In this document: positions 55,665 to 64,000 of the stretch, piece after piece | Numbering within the stretch: the stretch's first letter is position 1 | How the letters are laid out: every line of letters starts with the position of its first letter | Assembly: GCA_945889005.1 (NCBI GenBank) | Contig: CAMDBI010000003.1 | Span: 71,814-135,813, forward strand | Direction of reading: 5' to 3' | DNA: 64,000 nt | Source of the DNA: Bacteroides fragilis | GTDB lineage: Bacteria; Bacteroidota; Bacteroidia; Bacteroidales; DTGW01 | The notes under the pieces: model-generated | Told to the model about the DNA's origin: nothing | Seen by the model: the letters and a program-made list of their open reading frames with translations, nothing else | Database searches by the model: none | Made by a program: the position numbers and the translations under genes

Positions 55665-56348
55665 ATGGAAAAAATACATTGCAAGTTATGTAGTTTCAAA
55701 TCAACAGCTGAAAAGGAGTTGAACGATTGTGAGCTCGATGTTTTGGGAAATAACTGTGCTGAGGTTAAGTTCAAAGCAGGAGATGTAATTATTATCCAAG
55801 ACTCATTTTCGACCAATGTAGCCTATATAAAAACAGGTTTGGTCAAAATACATAGAAAGGGGCCGATTAAGGATATGATTATGAGGATTGTAAAGGCTCC
55901 GGCATATCTTTGTTTACCTAGTTCGTTTGGCGATAAGATTAACCATTTTTCGGCAACTGCGCTTGAGGACGATACGACTATTTGCTTTATTGACCTTCAT
56001 ACATTTAAACAATTTATATATGCCAATGGCGATTTTGCTTATCAAATTTTACTTGATTTGAGTAAAGGTCAGTTACAAAGTTTTCAAAACCATATAAATA
56101 ATGCTCAGAAACACAACATAGGTAAAGTTGCTGAGGTGCTTTTGTTTTTTGCAAATGATATTTATAAAAGTTCCACATTTGCACTTCCAATTTCAAGGCA
56201 AGATATTGGAGATATAACGAGTTCAACACGCGAAAGTGTTAGCCGGATTTTATCGGACTTTCATAAAGATAAAATTGTTGATATCGACGGAAAAAATGTT
56301 ACAATTCTGAATATCGATTTGTTAAAACAAATGAGTGAGAAAGGTTAA
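55665..56348 (+). CDS. Crp/Fnr family transcriptional regulator with an N-terminal Cys cluster
   Basis: The N-terminus has C-x2-C-x12-C-x8-C (CKLCSFKSTAEKELNDCELDVLGNNC). A cNMP-like domain and a C-terminal HTH (SRQDIGDITSSTRESVSRILS) follow. Confidence 0.85.
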   Translation: MEKIHCKLCSFKSTAEKELNDCELDVLGNNCAEVKFKAGDVIIIQDSFSTNVAYIKTGLVKIHRKGPIKDMIMRIVKAPAYLCLPSSFGDKINHFSATALEDDTTICFIDLHTFKQFIYANGDFAYQILLDLSKGQLQSFQNHINNAQKHNIGKVAEVLLFFANDIYKSSTFALPISRQDIGDITSSTRESVSRILSDFHKDKIVDIDGKNVTILNIDLLKQMSEKG

Positions 56349-57142
56349 TGTGTTTCATATCCCGTACAATTGTAAAAAATATTCAAATCGCAATCATTGA
56401 GCATTTTTGCGTAATTATCCACTCCAGTGCAGTGGCAAAGACCTATTGACTGAGGTCTAACTTTATTGAAATAATCTTTTACTACATTATATTCATCCGT
56501 AGAAGCATCTTTTAAATGAAAACCGCCTAAAACCTTAGCAATGGGCAATTTGAAATGTTCGGTTGCTGTGGTGCAAATATTGGTAATACCTCTGTGCGAA
56601 CAGGCTGTAATAATGTTTATTTGTTCGTTTTGCTTTATTGCTATAAAAAGCTCATCGTTAAAAGTATCATCGATAAAATCGTCGCCTTGTTTTACTTGAA
56701 GGCCTTTGAAATGCGTATCGGTAGCATTGTAAATAGTAATATCGGGCATTAAAAAAACATTATTGGCTATTTCTGTAATTTCGTTTACGTAAACAATTCT
56801 GTTTTTAATATTTGGCTCATCGTATTTGGTACCAATAAAACGACTTTTACTATGATACTTTGGAACGAATATTTCTTTTTTAGCATATACTTTAGCCTTA
56901 TTATTTCTATAAAGAAATGGGTATAAGCCACCCGTGTGGTCGTAGTGCCCATGCGAAAGCACTAATATATCAATATCATTGATTTCAATCCCCAATTTTA
57001 GAGCATTTTCCATAAACAGTTTGCTCTGCCCCGTATCGAAGAGTATTTTTTTATCGTCGGTTTCAATATAAATGGAAAGCCCATGTTCAGCAACTAAACC
57101 AGCTTTATATACGAGGTTTTCGATTAAAGTTATAATTCGCAT
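56345..57142 (-). CDS. MBL-fold metallo-hydrolase
   Basis: HGHYDHTGG motif, 265 aa. Confidence 0.8.
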   Translation of the reverse strand: MRIITLIENLVYKAGLVAEHGLSIYIETDDKKILFDTGQSKLFMENALKLGIEINDIDILVLSHGHYDHTGGLYPFLYRNNKAKVYAKKEIFVPKYHSKSRFIGTKYDEPNIKNRIVYVNEITEIANNVFLMPDITIYNATDTHFKGLQVKQGDDFIDDTFNDELFIAIKQNEQINIITACSHRGITNICTTATEHFKLPIAKVLGGFHLKDASTDEYNVVKDYFNKVRPQSIGLCHCTGVDNYAKMLNDCDLNIFYNCTGYETH

Positions 57143-57163
57143 ATTGTTAGATATATAAAAAAA

Positions 57164-58858
57164 TTACTTTTCTCTTCCATAAGTCCAAGCCATTATTCCT
57201 CCTTCGAGCACTTTCACGTTATTAAATCCATTTGCCTGAAGAATTAATGCAGCTTCGTATCCACGTAGTGAAATTTTACACCAACAGATAATTTCAGCGT
57301 TTTTGTCTTGTGGCATTTCTTCTAAACGTTTGCGAAGTTGACCAAGTGGGATAAGTTTTTCGCCAATTCCTAGACGCATTTGTTCATATTCATCGGGGTT
57401 GCGGAAGTCTAGCAAAACGAGCTTTTCTTTTTTATCGAGCTTTTCTTTGAGCTGCTCTGCTGATATTCCCTTGAAATATCCGTATAGTTTGTTTTGCATA
57501 ATGTGAGCAGTGGCAATACTATGGTCAATAGCCAAAGAATAGGGTGGAGCATAAGGCAAGTCGGCATTTACCATATCATTTACTGTAAGTTTACCCTGTA
57601 TAGCCATTGCCCAAATAGCAACCTGTTTGCTTACATCGCCAGGTCCAAGTACCTGAGCACCTAAAATAGTGCCTTTTGATTTTTCGACCACCAATTTGGT
57701 AACCAATAATTTTCCCTGCATAAAACCGGGTTTGTCTAGACTGGCATTTACAACAGTTTCAATATTTGTAATGCTGTTTCTAATTGCATTTTGTTCCGAC
57801 AGCCCTGTAGCACCAACACCATAATCGAATACTTTGCAAATACCTGTTTGTATCGTACCTGGAAACGATGCAGTATTTCCATTAATAATATTTTCGCCTG
57901 CTACCCTTCCCTGCAAGTTGGCTAAGTCGCCATAAGGAGCTAAAATAGATTTGTGACTGATAAGATTGGTTATTTCGACACAATCGCCAACCGCATAAAT
58001 ATTGGCATCGGACGTTTGCATGTGATAATCGACTACAATACCACCTGTTTGTCCTATCTGAAGTCCAGCCTCCTTGGCTAATTTGCTGTTTGGGATTACA
58101 CCAATAGCAACCACAGCCAATTCACAAGGAATTTCGGTGCCGTTTTGAAGCTTCACTGCAGTAAGCTTACCATTTTCGCCAATAAATGCAGTCACACCAT
58201 TTTCGAGTATCACATTGGCTTTGCTCTGTACATATTTTTCGACCAATTTTGCCATTTGCCTATCGAGAAAAGTAAGCAGTTGGGGTAGCAATTCGATAAG
58301 AGTAATTTCGATGCCTGCAAGTCGCAATGCTTCGCATGTTTCGATACCAATAAGCCCTCCACCAATAACCACTGCTTTTTTAATCTTGCCTTCATCTTTA
58401 ACTTTACGAAGGTAATCGGCATCTGGCAACGATTGCAGTGTAGTAACGCCATCGAGTTCAATGCCCGGAACGGGTGGTTTTCGAGGAGTAGCACCTGTTG
58501 CAATAACCAATTTATCATATTCGGCGGTGCCTTTTTCACCAGTTAGAATGTCGGTATATTCGATGCGTTTATTTTTACGGTCAATTGCAGTAACTTCTGT
58601 ATGAACCTTTGTTGTTATTTTTTTTGCATTCCAAAAGAATTTTGAGTCGCGAACTACCCCGGCAGGAGAACAAAGAAGTTGGTCGCGGTCGTCGAAAAAA
58701 CCGCCAATATAATAAGGATAGCCACACGAAGCCATCGATAGGTCTGAAGCCTTTTGGTAGATTGTGATTTCCGCATTTTCGTCCATTCGACGAGCTTTCG
58801 ATGCTGCTTTGGGTCCGGCAGCCGAACCTCCGATTACAATAATTCTTTTTGTGTTCAT
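57164..58858 (-). CDS. CoA-disulfide reductase-like flavoprotein with a C-terminal rhodanese domain (CoADR-RHD)
   Basis: GGSAAGPKAA FAD motif, active-site SMASCGYPYY, a second Rossmann motif VIGGGLIGIE, and a C-terminal rhodanese with CWCKISLRG. Confidence 0.85.
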   Translation of the reverse strand: MNTKRIIVIGGSAAGPKAASKARRMDENAEITIYQKASDLSMASCGYPYYIGGFFDDRDQLLCSPAGVVRDSKFFWNAKKITTKVHTEVTAIDRKNKRIEYTDILTGEKGTAEYDKLVIATGATPRKPPVPGIELDGVTTLQSLPDADYLRKVKDEGKIKKAVVIGGGLIGIETCEALRLAGIEITLIELLPQLLTFLDRQMAKLVEKYVQSKANVILENGVTAFIGENGKLTAVKLQNGTEIPCELAVVAIGVIPNSKLAKEAGLQIGQTGGIVVDYHMQTSDANIYAVGDCVEITNLISHKSILAPYGDLANLQGRVAGENIINGNTASFPGTIQTGICKVFDYGVGATGLSEQNAIRNSITNIETVVNASLDKPGFMQGKLLVTKLVVEKSKGTILGAQVLGPGDVSKQVAIWAMAIQGKLTVNDMVNADLPYAPPYSLAIDHSIATAHIMQNKLYGYFKGISAEQLKEKLDKKEKLVLLDFRNPDEYEQMRLGIGEKLIPLGQLRKRLEEMPQDKNAEIICWCKISLRGYEAALILQANGFNNVKVLEGGIMAWTYGREK

Positions 58859-58861
58859 AAT

Positions 58862-59602
58862 TTATGGTTTAGTTATGATTGATACGATTATGACTGAAAT
58901 ACCTGCCAAAAGGAGCAAGAATTGAAATATCGATTGACGGGCATTTGTTTTACGGTGCATTTCGGGAACCAAATCGGCTAGAGCAATGTATATAAAACCT
59001 GCCGCCGATAGTGCAAGAATATAGGGCATGGCAATTTTGGTATACTGACCGGCGTACCAAGCCAACAATGCACCTACAATGGCGGTAACTCCAGAAAAAA
59101 GGTTGTATAGAATTGCTTTGCGCTTGGAAAAACCTGCTTTGAGCATAACTCCAAAGTCGGCAATTTCCTGTGGTATTTCATGTGCAAATACCGATATGGT
59201 AACTACAATACCAAAAGAAGGAGAATGTAGAAATGCTGCGGCAATAACAATGCCATCGAGAAAGTTATGGAACGAATCGCCAATCATTAGCATTAAAGCT
59301 CCTGCTTTGTTGTGTCGGTCGCAATTTTCGTCCACACATATACGCCAAAGCATTATTTTCTCGATAATAAAAAAGAATAATATGCCAATCAAAACAGCAT
59401 ACGTCATTTGATAACCGCCCAGTTTCACTGCATTTGGCAACATACCCAAAAATGCAGCACCAAGTAATGTGCCTCCAGCAAAAGCATTGATGTGTTTTGT
59501 GAGTTTCTGCAAATACTCATTACTAAAGCGCAGCATGAGCGAAGCAAGAAGCACGCTGCCAATATTACCGATGATTACTGCTAAAATTATTGTTGCTATC
59601 AT
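58862..59602 (-). CDS. ZIP-family divalent metal transporter
   Basis: 8 TM helices. Motifs HNFLDGIVIAAAF and FAHEIPQEIADFGVM. Confidence 0.85.
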   Translation of the reverse strand: MIATIILAVIIGNIGSVLLASLMLRFSNEYLQKLTKHINAFAGGTLLGAAFLGMLPNAVKLGGYQMTYAVLIGILFFFIIEKIMLWRICVDENCDRHNKAGALMLMIGDSFHNFLDGIVIAAAFLHSPSFGIVVTISVFAHEIPQEIADFGVMLKAGFSKRKAILYNLFSGVTAIVGALLAWYAGQYTKIAMPYILALSAAGFIYIALADLVPEMHRKTNARQSIFQFLLLLAGISVIIVSIITKP

Positions 59603-60081
59603 TTTACGCCTTCTGTATCTTCAAATACTTTAAAAGAATTGTTTTTATGTTCTCTATCCTTTACAACTAAGGTTGTAACAGGAGCCTTTGATTTTTGATT
59701 GAAAATAATATCGTGTCCCATACAAAGTCCAAAAGAAATGTTTAATTCGGTATTGTTATCAGCAAGAAATTTGGCTTGTCCTGCAGGATTACACGAAATT
59801 CCTTTGGCCTCAATACCCAGCATTTCAGACGAAGGTACTCTACCATTGTAACAATCTATTGATGACACTTCAAACTCGCTTTCTAATGCTTCTTTAAGTT
59901 TTATTGCTTCTCTTTTAAAAGCGATACAATGTGCAATTCCAATGCGTTTTATTCCTGAAAGTCTTGCATATTTTATAAGTTCTTCAACCCTATTTTTACC
60001 CATAATACGTGCTTCTTCAGCTATTCTCATAGTATGAATATCAGCTTCGGAATATAATTTTTTGTGTTCGTTTATGTCCAT
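59599..60081 (-). CDS. DUF1847-like protein
   Basis: GIAHCIAF..., GISCNPAGQA and FGLCMGHD resemble DUF1847. ATG 60081 is preferred (no overlap with the thioesterase gene). Its stop overlaps the ZIP start (ATGA). Confidence 0.5.
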   Translation of the reverse strand: MDINEHKKLYSEADIHTMRIAEEARIMGKNRVEELIKYARLSGIKRIGIAHCIAFKREAIKLKEALESEFEVSSIDCYNGRVPSSEMLGIEAKGISCNPAGQAKFLADNNTELNISFGLCMGHDIIFNQKSKAPVTTLVVKDREHKNNSFKVFEDTEGVK

Positions 60082-60086
60082 ATTAT

Positions 60087-60500
60087 TTAATTTAAAATTA
60101 AATTTTTTTCTATTTTTTTCAAAACAAAATCGGGAGCAACGCATGGCTTCCAATTTTCTACTCTTACAAAAGCAAGTTCTGTTTCGGCTTCGTTAATTAA
60201 TTCATTTTCTTCATTATAAAGCTTATAGTCAAACCATATACGAGCAACTTTTATAGCTTTTAAATGGGTTTGTACTGTAAGTAAAGAATCATAAGAAGTT
60301 GTTTTTAAAAATTTAAATTTCATACTTATTACTGGCAGCATATATCCGGCTTCTTCGACAGATTTGTACGAAACACCAATACTGCGAAACAATTCCCAAC
60401 GTGCGGTTTCGTAATATTTTGCATAATTCGAATGGTGTACAGTTCCCATTTTATCGGTATCGGGATACATTACCCGAAATTTATATTCGTGCGTAATCAT
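60087..60500 (-). CDS. Acyl-CoA thioesterase (4HBT/YbgC-like hotdog fold)
   Basis: RVMYPDTDKMGTVHHSNYAKYYE is typical of YbgC/4HBT thioesterases. Confidence 0.8.
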   Translation of the reverse strand: MITHEYKFRVMYPDTDKMGTVHHSNYAKYYETARWELFRSIGVSYKSVEEAGYMLPVISMKFKFLKTTSYDSLLTVQTHLKAIKVARIWFDYKLYNEENELINEAETELAFVRVENWKPCVAPDFVLKKIEKNLILN

Positions 60501-60656
60501 TATTTATTTTTTTCGCAAGGACATGGAACCGGTTTCTGACTCTTGTATTTTTTATTCGAAGCACAGGCATTAAAAACAAAAGAAAATATTGCCAGTAGCA
60601 AAATTGCTCTAATTGGTATTTTTTTCAAATTCCTTGCCATTTTTATGATGTTATTA

Positions 60657-61448
60657 TTATTTGACTATTTTCTTAAACAATTGTTCAAAAGCCGATTTAA
60701 TTGCAATATCATCAAAAAGTTCGTTCATATTGCCATGGTCACAGCTTTCGCACAGCTTTTCATTTATAGGAATTTGAGCAAGAAGAGGGATACTAAACTC
60801 TCTCGCAATTTCTTCGCCACCCCCTTTTCCAAAGAGAAAATATTTTTCATCGGGATGAACAAAAGGAGTGAACCAAGCCATATTTTCAACAACTCCTAGA
60901 ACAGGAATTCCTATTTGTTTATCGTTATACATTTCAACCGCTTTTTTAACATCTGCTAAAGCAATATGTTGAGGAGTTGTAACCACTATAACGCCCGATG
61001 TTTCGAAGTTTTGCAATAGAGTTATGTGTATATCGCCAGTTCCAGGAGGGGTGTCGATAATCAAGTAATCGAGTTCGCCCCAATATGTTTCTGTAAGCAA
61101 TTGCGAAACACCGCTCGAAACTCTTGGTCCACGCCAAACAATTGCTTGACGACTTTCTATAAAAAAGCCAATAGACATCAGTTTGATTCCAAATTTAGTA
61201 AAAGGAACGATAAATTGTTTGCCATTTTCGGTTAAAGAATCGGGTCTTTCACCTTTTAAATTAAACAAGGTAGGAATCGATGGCCCATAAATATCGGCAT
61301 CGAGCAGACCTGTTGCATAGCCCTCCATAGCCAACGACATTGCCAGCCCGGCAGCTACTGTCGATTTGCCTACACCACCTTTTCCAGATGCTACTAAAAT
61401 GATGTTTTTGATATTGGGAAGTTTCGTTTTTACTATTGGATTGTTCAT
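60657..61448 (-). CDS. Mrp/NBP35 (ApbC) family Fe-S cluster carrier ATPase
   Basis: Deviant Walker A SGKGGVGKST, DTPPGTGD, and the C-terminal Cys pair CESCDHG. Confidence 0.85.
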   Translation of the reverse strand: MNNPIVKTKLPNIKNIILVASGKGGVGKSTVAAGLAMSLAMEGYATGLLDADIYGPSIPTLFNLKGERPDSLTENGKQFIVPFTKFGIKLMSIGFFIESRQAIVWRGPRVSSGVSQLLTETYWGELDYLIIDTPPGTGDIHITLLQNFETSGVIVVTTPQHIALADVKKAVEMYNDKQIGIPVLGVVENMAWFTPFVHPDEKYFLFGKGGGEEIAREFSIPLLAQIPINEKLCESCDHGNMNELFDDIAIKSAFEQLFKKIVK

Positions 61449-61482
61449 AAATTAATGTGCTAATATGTTAATTTTCTTATTG

Positions 61483-62349
61483 TTAATCATTAAATACTGT
61501 ATTGTATATTCGGTATATCTCTTTACTAACTTCGGAGTCGGGCAAGTATTCTGTAATGCTTTTGCACTGAAGCATTGCGTGAACTAGTGGTTCATAAAAA
61601 AGGAGTTTTCCCACGACGGGAATATACTGTTCGTTGCACCAGTTTTCAATATGTTTAGTTAAATCTTCGTTTAAATCACATTTATTGATAACAACATAGG
61701 GTTTCACTTTGAAATTTTTGACCAGTTCCAACACGCGTTTCATATCGTGAAACCCCGAATTGGATGGTTCGGTAACAATTACTACTTTTTTAGCACCTGT
61801 TACCGACGATATTACAGGGCAACCTGTTCCAGGAGGACCATCGATAATAATAGTTTTGCAAGCCATTTCAGTAGCTATTCTACGAGCTTGTTCGCGTACT
61901 ACGTTTACAAGTTTGCCCGAGTTTTCCTCGCCAGGTTCGAGCCGTGCATGAATCATTTTCCCATTGCGGTAATTACCTATAAACCATTTACTTTTGTCGC
62001 TGGGTATCATTGCGATTGATTGTGAAGGACAAATACGTGCACACAATTTACATCCATCGCACGAAGTTTCGGCAATTGTAACTTTCCCGTCGATGTAAGA
62101 AATGGCATCGAAGCGGCAATAGTCGATACACGAACCGCAATTGCTACAAGTGCTATAATCGATTATTGCTTTATGACCCGATACGAATTTTTCTTCAAAA
62201 TAGTTTTCGGGTTGTAATATTAGGTGTAGATTAGCGGCATCTACATCGCAATCGGCTACAACTATATTATGGTTGATGGTAGCAAATGCAGCACTTAGGC
62301 TTGTTTTACCTGTGCCTCCTTTACCGCTCAAAATGGCTATTTCTATCAT
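61483..62349 (-). CDS. MinD/ParA-superfamily P-loop ATPase with an inserted 2x[4Fe-4S] ferredoxin domain
   Basis: SGKGGTGKTS, CSNCGSCIDYC, CDGCKLCARICP and DGPPGTGC. Confidence 0.8.
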   Translation of the reverse strand: MIEIAILSGKGGTGKTSLSAAFATINHNIVVADCDVDAANLHLILQPENYFEEKFVSGHKAIIDYSTCSNCGSCIDYCRFDAISYIDGKVTIAETSCDGCKLCARICPSQSIAMIPSDKSKWFIGNYRNGKMIHARLEPGEENSGKLVNVVREQARRIATEMACKTIIIDGPPGTGCPVISSVTGAKKVVIVTEPSNSGFHDMKRVLELVKNFKVKPYVVINKCDLNEDLTKHIENWCNEQYIPVVGKLLFYEPLVHAMLQCKSITEYLPDSEVSKEIYRIYNTVFND

Positions 62350-63203
62350 TTTTTTATTTTTTCAAGAATAGTATGATACAATTGAATGAATTGTGATTGA
62401 TATTCAGGCTTTTCGTCAACCAACATACGACCTTCGGAATAAATTTTGGCAATTTCTCTATCCATAGGTATTTCCATCAACAAGCTGATATTATTATTAT
62501 GTAAATATTTATAGACACTATCGTCGCCCAAATTTGCCCTGTTTACAATTACCCCGAACGATTTGCCTAGTTGCTGAAGTGTTTCGACAGATAATTTAAG
62601 GTCGTTGAGTCCGAATGGTGTAGGCTCTGTTACCAAAACTACATAATCGGCTTTATCGACAGTAGCAATAAAAGGGCAGGATATTCCCGGAGGCGAATCG
62701 AATAAATTTAGAGTAAAACTACTTACGTCTTTAATAGCCCTTTTGATAACGGGTACAGGTGAGTAAACGCCAATCTCGGCACGAGCTTCTACAATTAGTG
62801 AATGACAATTATTGTAAAAAGATTTTACAGTACCCAGTTTTTTATCTATTTCGGTAATCGCACCAAATTCGCAAGCAAAAGAACATGCACCACAATCGTG
62901 ACACAAATCGTCGACAACCTTTATAAATTTGGCAGGTGGCAAATATACAATCGCATGATAATTGCAATAATCGTGACATTTGTCGCAAAAAACGCATTTC
63001 AAAGGGTCAATAACCGGAAGCTTCTGCGAAATATCAGTGCTTGAAACTAATTCACCATCAATAAATTCTCTTACATTGGGCTCTTCGGCATCGCAATCGA
63101 CCAAATTGATATGAATACCTTCTTTTTGGATTGCCCAAAAAAGATTTGTAGATATTAATGTTTTTCCTGTTCCACCCTTACCACTAGCAATAGCTATATT
63201 CAT
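62346..63203 (-). CDS. MinD/ParA-superfamily P-loop ATPase with an inserted 2x[4Fe-4S] ferredoxin domain (paralog)
   Basis: SGKGGTGKTL, CVFCDKCHDYC, CHDCGACSFAC and DSPPGISC. It overlaps the downstream paralog by 4 nt. Confidence 0.8.
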   Translation of the reverse strand: MNIAIASGKGGTGKTLISTNLFWAIQKEGIHINLVDCDAEEPNVREFIDGELVSSTDISQKLPVIDPLKCVFCDKCHDYCNYHAIVYLPPAKFIKVVDDLCHDCGACSFACEFGAITEIDKKLGTVKSFYNNCHSLIVEARAEIGVYSPVPVIKRAIKDVSSFTLNLFDSPPGISCPFIATVDKADYVVLVTEPTPFGLNDLKLSVETLQQLGKSFGVIVNRANLGDDSVYKYLHNNNISLLMEIPMDREIAKIYSEGRMLVDEKPEYQSQFIQLYHTILEKIKK

Positions 63204-63204
63204 A

Positions 63205-64000
63205 TTAAAAAATATTTTTACGCACTACAAATTCTCCTTTTTTCACTTGTAAAGCATCGGCAATAACGTTGCACTTTACCATAAGAAGAAAATACACGTT
63301 TTTATTTGTTTTATAAAGCAAACCTTCGAGATTTCCCTGTCCTTTTGAAATAATAACATCGGCACGTTCAAATATCTCTATAAATTCGGGAGAGCTGTGT
63401 TCCAATATGGTAGAAGGAGCATCGAAACCATTCGAAACTACTTTTTTAACCACCTTGTCAATTCCAACATATACTGCATCGTGCATCGTAACATCGTTAA
63501 TGACTGGAGCACCTTTTACAGCGAAGTAAACATTCGGATGGTTGATGGTTTCGAGAAAAAGTTTATCGAATACAATTTCGCCATTGTTGTCGCCCAAGTA
63601 CAATATGGTTTTTGCATGTGAAATTGCCTTTTGAAGCTCTTTCGAATGGTCTATAGCAAATTCACTATTCTGAACTTTCTCAATGGTAGCTATTAAATCG
63701 AAGTTTTTGCCCATTGCAAAATCTATAATATTTCCTGCAATGGCTAAACGCAATGCTGTATCGAAAGGATTAATAGACGATGTTATTTTTCGTTTCAAGT
63801 CGTTGTACATACCAAGAACCAAATCGTTGCTTTGTTTTTTACCATCTTTATGAGTATCGGGGTTTTGAGTGTACTTGTAAAGAGCGTTGTGCAAATCGCG
63901 CGACAATAAAGGAGCCGACAAATTATCGGAATGTTTTAAATACAAGTCGGCCATTTCACGAGTAAAACTTGCACAATCTGTTTTGGAAATTTTCTCTTCA
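63205..64000 (-). CDS. DUF89 / ARMT1-like damage-control phosphatase family protein (5' end probably outside window)
   Basis: GDNNGEIVFD, KGAPVINDVT and ISKGQGNLEGL are DUF89-like. The frame stays open upstream of ATG 63954 to the window edge. Confidence 0.65.
   Translation of the reverse strand, partial: EEKISKTDCASFTREMADLYLKHSDNLSAPLLSRDLHNALYKYTQNPDTHKDGKKQSNDLVLGMYNDLKRKITSSINPFDTALRLAIAGNIIDFAMGKNFDLIATIEKVQNSEFAIDHSKELQKAISHAKTILYLGDNNGEIVFDKLFLETINHPNVYFAVKGAPVINDVTMHDAVYVGIDKVVKKVVSNGFDAPSTILEHSSPEFIEIFERADVIISKGQGNLEGLLYKTNKNVYFLLMVKCNVIADALQVKKGEFVVRKNIF

Noticed and set aside
60543-60899. 118-aa plus-strand ORF spanning the Mrp 3' end and the spacer
   Set aside because: It is antisense to the strongly supported Mrp gene and has hydrophobic low-complexity sequence. 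It is a shadow ORF.
1-64000. Scan for rRNA, tRNA, CRISPR arrays, transposases/integrases, phage or defence-system genes
   Set aside because: I recognised none. The spacers contain no tRNA-like GTTCGAATC/T-loop signatures and no arrays of regularly spaced 25-40-bp repeats. The only nuclease-family gene is the lone Uma2 protein. A by-eye scan can miss short ncRNAs; Infernal/tRNAscan would be decisive.

Overview
AT-rich chromosomal segment with Bacteroidota-like (FCB group) hallmarks: a T9SS C-terminal sorting-domain remnant, a TonB-dependent receptor with an N-terminal carboxypeptidase-regulatory-like domain, DUF4625 lipoproteins, and TAnnTTTG -7 boxes about 20-60 nt upstream of many start codons. 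I support about 68 protein genes. I saw no rRNA, tRNA, CRISPR array, integrase or transposase. Layout: (1) 1-23.7 kb is mostly housekeeping (htpG, recQ, cysK, metH, lplA, parE). It is interrupted by a fused double-DUF1538 membrane protein with a tandem P-II-like partner, two gene remnants (an MCP tail and a collapsed T9SS cargo gene) and an intact MCP. (2) 23.9-38 kb holds metal acquisition and envelope stress genes: a nikR / TonB receptor / nucleoside-hydrolase::FmdE operon, an SQR-like flavoprotein, an ECF sigma / anti-sigma / CpxP-like / Gly-Lys-rich peptide / DUF2202 cluster, and a TonB receptor with two DUF4625 lipoproteins and a His/Cys-rich small protein. (3) 38-64 kb is a dense thiol/sulfur/Fe-S redox island. 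It contains a ~1-kb Uma2-endonuclease segment flanked by ~60-bp direct repeats, a thioredoxin/TrxB/ferredoxin/DUF302/TehA operon, two Crp/Fnr regulators, a Cache-type MCP, PerR-peroxiredoxin, several unannotated Cys-rich mini-ORFs, a DsrE-TusA-MvhD-QmoA/QmoB/QmoC-like operon, a CoADR-rhodanese/ZIP/DUF1847 operon, and an Mrp + two MinD-ferredoxin ATPases + DUF89 array. The strongest candidates for new biology are three. First, the Qmo/Hdr-like membrane-linked flavo-FeS complex wired to sulfur-carrier proteins instead of AprAB, with a perfect TGTGA-N6-TCACA box in its promoter. Second, a leader peptide with five consecutive Cys codons plus a terminator upstream of cysK. Third, the DUF1538x2 / tandem P-II pair. 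All calls come from reading motifs by eye; no database search or folding computation was run.
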